This document shows, piece after piece, positions 60,245-64,000 of a DNA stretch of 64,000 nt (the first letter of the stretch is position 1; each line of letters opens with the position of its first letter). The notes under the pieces are model-generated. The model saw nothing but the letters and a program-made list of their open reading frames with translations. It ran no database searches and had not been told where the DNA came from. The stretch covers positions 800,001 through 864,000 of the forward strand of contig CAXXDV010000001.1 in the NCBI GenBank assembly GCA_963674745.2. Direction: 5' to 3'. The stretch is from Desulfosudaceae bacterium (lineage in GTDB: Bacteria > Desulfobacterota > Desulfobacteria > Desulfobacterales > Desulfosudaceae). The translations under genes and the position numbers were made by a program.

Positions 60245-61639
60245 TTACAGTTTACCGTCTTCAATTTTTTTCGACAGCAGGTTGACCTCCTGCCGGGCTG
60301 ACGGTTTTGATTTCATGGCGCTTTCAACGCAGTTGACGGAATGAATGACGGTGGCGTGATACCGGTTATAACATCGCCCGATGGCCTTAAGGGAGTGGTC
60401 CGTGAACCGCCGGGACAGGAAAATCCCCACCTGCCGGGGCCAGGCGAGGCGCTGTTTCCGGGAACGCGAGATGAGATCTTTTTCCGGAACACCATATTCC
60501 TTGCAGATGAACTTTTTAATGGCATCAAGGGTGATCCGGCTCCGCGTAACGGCCATATGATTGACGATATCGACGGCCAGGTTCATGTCAACCGGAATGC
60601 CCAGAAGCGAGGATTTGGCGGCCACATTATGCAGACCGCTCTCCAGCTGCCGGACATCTTCGGCCAGGTTGTCGGCCAGATACTCCAGCACCTCACCCGG
60701 TATACGGTATCCATAAAGTTTTGCCTTTTTGCGAAGAATTCGAACCCGGGTCTTATAATCCGGTGCTTCCATGGCGGTGATCAGACCGGCCGTCAAGCGG
60801 GACTGCAAATGCTTGTTCAGTTTGGGGATATCTCCCGGCAGGCACTCTCCGGTAAACAGGACCTTCCTGTTCGCGTCCAGCATATAATCAACCACCATGG
60901 CCAGTTCGGTCTGTGTCCGCTCTCGTCCGGCCAGGGAGTGGATATCCTCGAGCAGCAGCATATCGCATCCGTTGCGGTATTTTTCCTTGAAACGGGTGAT
61001 GGTTTTGGTGCTGAAGGCATGCACCATTTCATTGGAAAAGTCATCCGCAGTAATGTAGTAAATCTTGTCACACCTGCCGACGGTCAGGACCTGATGCCCA
61101 AGGGCCTGGGTCAGGTGGCTTTTACCCATACCGGACCGGGCCGAAATAAAGAGGGATTGGTTCAAACATTTCTTTTTCATGCCCATGGATAAAACAGCCG
61201 AATAAGCAAAATCGTTGTTTTCCCCGACCACGAAGTTATCAAAGGTGAAATCTTTTTTCAGCATCCGGCCCGTGTTGGGGCGGACATGCATATTAGGCAA
61301 CGAAAGCTGCCTGTCTGAACTTGTTTTTCCGGCCTTTGCCGCTTTTTGAACCGGGCGCTGAGCGGATGGCAACAACGTCTTATCTGACACCCGGCCATTG
61401 CCGCCCGCGACTTCCAACGTCAGTGCGTAGGACTTTCCTGTGGCCATGTTTATTCTGGATTCCAGCAAGTCACGGAAATTTCCCTGTATCCATTTTTGGG
61501 AAAAACGATTGGGACAGCCCAGAACGACGGTGCCGTTATCGCAGCCCTTCAACTCCAGCGGTTCAATCCACATCATGTAGTTGTTAGAAGGGATATCTGC
61601 TTTTAGTTCAGACTTAACTTTTTCCCACACAGATTCCAT
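60245..61639 (-). CDS. DnaA-family protein (divergent paralogue)
   Basis: Domains I, III and IV present (FTFDNFVVG, GMGKSHL, DVRQLES, PRQVG) with non-canonical motifs; no dnaN nearby. Confidence 0.85.
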   Translation of the reverse strand: MESVWEKVKSELKADIPSNNYMMWIEPLELKGCDNGTVVLGCPNRFSQKWIQGNFRDLLESRINMATGKSYALTLEVAGGNGRVSDKTLLPSAQRPVQKAAKAGKTSSDRQLSLPNMHVRPNTGRMLKKDFTFDNFVVGENNDFAYSAVLSMGMKKKCLNQSLFISARSGMGKSHLTQALGHQVLTVGRCDKIYYITADDFSNEMVHAFSTKTITRFKEKYRNGCDMLLLEDIHSLAGRERTQTELAMVVDYMLDANRKVLFTGECLPGDIPKLNKHLQSRLTAGLITAMEAPDYKTRVRILRKKAKLYGYRIPGEVLEYLADNLAEDVRQLESGLHNVAAKSSLLGIPVDMNLAVDIVNHMAVTRSRITLDAIKKFICKEYGVPEKDLISRSRKQRLAWPRQVGIFLSRRFTDHSLKAIGRCYNRYHATVIHSVNCVESAMKSKPSARQEVNLLSKKIEDGKL

Positions 61640-62315
61640 AAAACCAATATGCCCCAGACTCAAAAGATTAAAAAGGCGAAGCAGCTTCCCGAACAACTCA
61701 CGACCGGCAGCAAAAGCGCTAAAGAAGTCATCAATCGCACCGCACTATTTAACCGTTAGCGAACAAATGCGTTAACGAAACGTTACCAGATCGTAAAAAA
61801 ATGATTAACAAACCCAAATAAATCAAGTGTTTTTCCAAAATATGACGATTATGAAGCCCCTCACCCCGAAATATTTATGTGTGATATACCTGATAGAGAT
61901 TGGCGTCAACCCGGAAAATAACCGGTTTTCAAAAGGTGAAACAGTGTTTACGTATTTCAACTATCTATTTGATATAAAAGAATTTTATTCTTTTTTTTCA
62001 GCCAACCCTCTCGAATCAGGGCATCTCTTTTTATCTCAAATTTTTTATACTTTTCAGGGTAGTTACCGGATTTCCCAAATTCCTAGGACAATAGTTAGCT
62101 TTTGTTTTCTCTTTTTTTCTTTAAATTTCGTCAAATTTCATTTTCAGCTAATGTTTTTAAAACTTTTTTCGCTTTATCGATTCCGGCTACGAAAAAACCG
62201 TAACTGCTTTCAACAGCTTGCGTCTTTTTATCGGCCCTGGACTTTTTTGCTGAACAAATCTGACAAAAAATTTTCACCGGCCATATAAAAAAATGCCTTC
62301 TTGTTTGTTTTTATA

Positions 62316-62344
62316 TTGACACCGCCTATCCAGATAAATATATT
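62316..62344 (+). promoter_or_regulatory. Sigma70 promoter of the tRNA operon
   Basis: TTGACA-17 nt-TATATT. Confidence 0.75.
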
Positions 62345-62355
62345 ATCCGGATTTA

Positions 62356-62431
62356 GGGCCGTTAACTCAGTCGGTAGAGTATCTGCCTTTTAAGCAGAGA
62401 GTCGTTGGTTCGAATCCAACACGGCCCACCA
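62356..62431 (+). tRNA. tRNA-Lys(TTT)
   Basis: Cloverleaf; anticodon arm TCTGC-CTTTTAA-GCAGA; GGTTCGAATCC; 3' CCA. Confidence 0.97.
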
Positions 62432-62443
62432 GATGGGAATTGC

Positions 62444-62521
62444 GTCCCCATCGTCTAGCCCGGTCCAGGACACCGGCCTTTCACGCCGGCGACAGGGGTT
62501 CAAATCCCCTTGGGGACGCCA
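62444..62521 (+). tRNA. tRNA-Glu(TTC)
   Basis: Cloverleaf; anticodon arm CCGGC-CTTTCAC-GCCGG; GGTTCAAATCC; 3' CCA. Confidence 0.97.
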
Positions 62522-62535
62522 CCTTTACCACTGTC

Positions 62536-62568
62536 AGGGGTTAGAGATCTTTCTCTAACCCCTTTTTT
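62536..62568 (+). terminator. Rho-independent terminator after the tRNAs
   Basis: AGGGGTTAGAGA ... TCTCTAACCCCT followed by a T-run. Confidence 0.9.
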
Positions 62569-62678
62569 ATTTCCAAAGAATCTTCTCATAGCCAAAAGGT
62601 GAATACCCTATAAGATATTTGACAATAACCAGCCTATTTTTTTACAGTAAAAATATATAAAGCAACAGAGAGGATAAT

Positions 62679-62867
62679 ATGCAGACAGAGAATATTAAAC
62701 AGGAAGTTTACAGGATTTTGGACCGGCTCCCCGACAAAGCCACATGGGATGACCTGATGTATCAAATATATGTTCGCCAAACCATTGAGGCAGGCATAAG
62801 AGACAGCGATGAAGGACGGACGGTTGATGTAAAGGAAGTCCGTAAAAGATTTGGGTTGTCAAAGTGA
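62679..62867 (+). CDS. Small putative antitoxin of a ParE/RelE-type pair
   Basis: LPDKATWDDLMYQIYVRQTIEAG..D..GR pattern; GAGG RBS; coupled to the toxin remnant. Confidence 0.75.
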   Translation: MQTENIKQEVYRILDRLPDKATWDDLMYQIYVRQTIEAGIRDSDEGRTVDVKEVRKRFGLSK

Positions 62868-62926
62868 TCGTTCATTGGACGGAAAACGCAATCGGTCACC
62901 TGGTCAATATTTATGAACATATCGCC
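62864..62926 (+). pseudogene. Truncated ParE/RelE-family toxin
   Basis: GTGA-coupled start; MIVHWTENAIGHLVNIYEHIA, then similarity is lost. Confidence 0.7.
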
Positions 62927-63027
62927 ACATATTTTATCGGTTGTTTCTTCTCAAAATCTGAGCGACGCCGGAGGTTGACATACCCAGGTAGCGAGCGGTT
63001 TGCGCAAAAGTGCTTTTTTGCCGAATA

Positions 63028-63891
63028 TTAGTACGTTTCGCAAAATTCCCGAATATACCCGGCACCCAGTTCGGGAACCTCTTCCTGCCAGAAATGACCG
63101 GCCCGGGGCATCACCTCCATGCGTTTGGAGCCGGCGATATCGTCATAGAGCCGGCGGCCCCAGGAGACGTTCAGCCAGCGGTCGTTGCCGGCCCAGAGGA
63201 TCATTGTGGGCTTGTCGAAGGCCCCGAATTTTTTGGCTGCGTCAACGGAGTACCGGCAATCCCCGGCCAGGGCGAAGCGCCTGAACTGTTCGAACTTGTC
63301 CCTGCCCATGGCCCCGATCTTCATATACTCTTCGATGGCGTCGTCGCTCATATTGTTGCGATCGTAAACGCCCTGCCGCATGCCCAGGCGGGACCTGCCC
63401 CATTTGGGCGGATAGTTTAGTTTGTAGGCGAGCGCGAAAAGAAAATCGATCTTCATCATTTTCATGGCCCGGGCGACGATGGGCACGGGCCAGTTGTCGT
63501 AACAGACACAGTTGGTAATGACAAAGCGCCGGATGCGGTCGATATTGTTTACGGCCAGCCATTGGGCGCAGGCACCGCCCTGGTCATGGCAGACGAGCGT
63601 GAACCGGTCCAGCCCAAGATGGTCGGCCAGCTCCATTATCTTATCCGCCTGGGCGGCCATGTCGTAGCAGTAATCGAGCGGCGTAATCGTGTCGCCAAAC
63701 CCCATCAGGTCGGGGGCGATACAGCGGTAGGTGTCATCAAGCGCGCGGATGACATTCCGCCATAAATAACTTGATGTCGGAATGCCGTGCACGAAGAGAA
63801 TGGGTTCACCTTCGCCCATGTCAACATAGGCGACCGTGACCCCGTTCAAGTCCACCGTTTTTTTCGCCAGGGGTTTGTCTTTGGGCAGCAT
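63028..63891 (-). CDS. Alpha/beta hydrolase (haloalkane dehalogenase/epoxide hydrolase-like)
   Basis: HGIPTSSYLWR, APDLMGFG, Asp nucleophile in HDQGG, GHFWQEE. Confidence 0.88.
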   Translation of the reverse strand: MLPKDKPLAKKTVDLNGVTVAYVDMGEGEPILFVHGIPTSSYLWRNVIRALDDTYRCIAPDLMGFGDTITPLDYCYDMAAQADKIMELADHLGLDRFTLVCHDQGGACAQWLAVNNIDRIRRFVITNCVCYDNWPVPIVARAMKMMKIDFLFALAYKLNYPPKWGRSRLGMRQGVYDRNNMSDDAIEEYMKIGAMGRDKFEQFRRFALAGDCRYSVDAAKKFGAFDKPTMILWAGNDRWLNVSWGRRLYDDIAGSKRMEVMPRAGHFWQEEVPELGAGYIREFCETY

Positions 63892-63897
63892 AATTAT

Positions 63898-64000
63898 TTA
63901 CAGCAGGCTGATTGAAGCTTCCCGCAGTTCCTCATCTATTTCGATGCCTTTGCGTTTATCCAGATACTTGGTGAAGGTCTGAAGGTGCCCCATTGTTTTT
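63898..64000 (-). CDS. 3' end of an unidentified CDS entering from the window edge
   Basis: Open frame KTMGHLQTFTKYLDKRKGIEIDEELREASISLL*, ending just before the hydrolase start. Confidence 0.5.
   Translation of the reverse strand, partial: KTMGHLQTFTKYLDKRKGIEIDEELREASISLL

Noticed and set aside
61640..62355. oriC next to the dnaA-like gene
   Set aside because: AT-rich, but I found no TTWTNCACA boxes and no dnaN/gyrB/rpmH context. The 153-aa ORF here is low-complexity and likely spurious.
62356..64000. Prophage or integrative element at the tRNAs
   Set aside because: No integrase, phage gene or att duplication is visible within the window.

Overview
A mostly core-genome window from a GC-rich anaerobe. 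Gene content and repeat style suggest Desulfobacterota (Desulfobacterales-like), which is an inference. It contains: (i) envelope and housekeeping genes (lipid A acyltransferase, mltG, rdgB, GTP-PEPCK, ampG-like MFS, birA, M16C peptidase, queA-tgt-nifU, gatB, rpsF-rpsR-DUF2232-rplI-dnaB-hflX-suhB); (ii) a methylmalonyl-CoA/propionate cluster (aminotransferase-mce-mutase-meaB-carboxyltransferase-small subunit-5S/1.3S carboxylase-sucCD) followed by hypAB; (iii) a TetR-controlled orphan molybdoenzyme and a putative hydrophobic-substrate uptake/degradation operon, both with readable operators; (iv) a divergent DnaA paralogue, tRNA-Lys and tRNA-Glu; (v) toxin-antitoxin material (YjjJ/HipA-like kinase, PIN-Phd pair, decayed MntA-HepT and ParE remnants); (vi) several families of intergenic palindromic repeats. 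The most unusual signals are a ~2 kb transposase-free unit carrying the YjjJ-like toxin between 50-bp inverted repeats with covarying hairpins, and a family of ~145-160 nt hairpin elements placed in the same orientation ~15 nt before start codons. I found no CRISPR array, reverse transcriptase, integrase, transposase or prophage gene. All functional calls come from motif recognition by eye; no database search was run.
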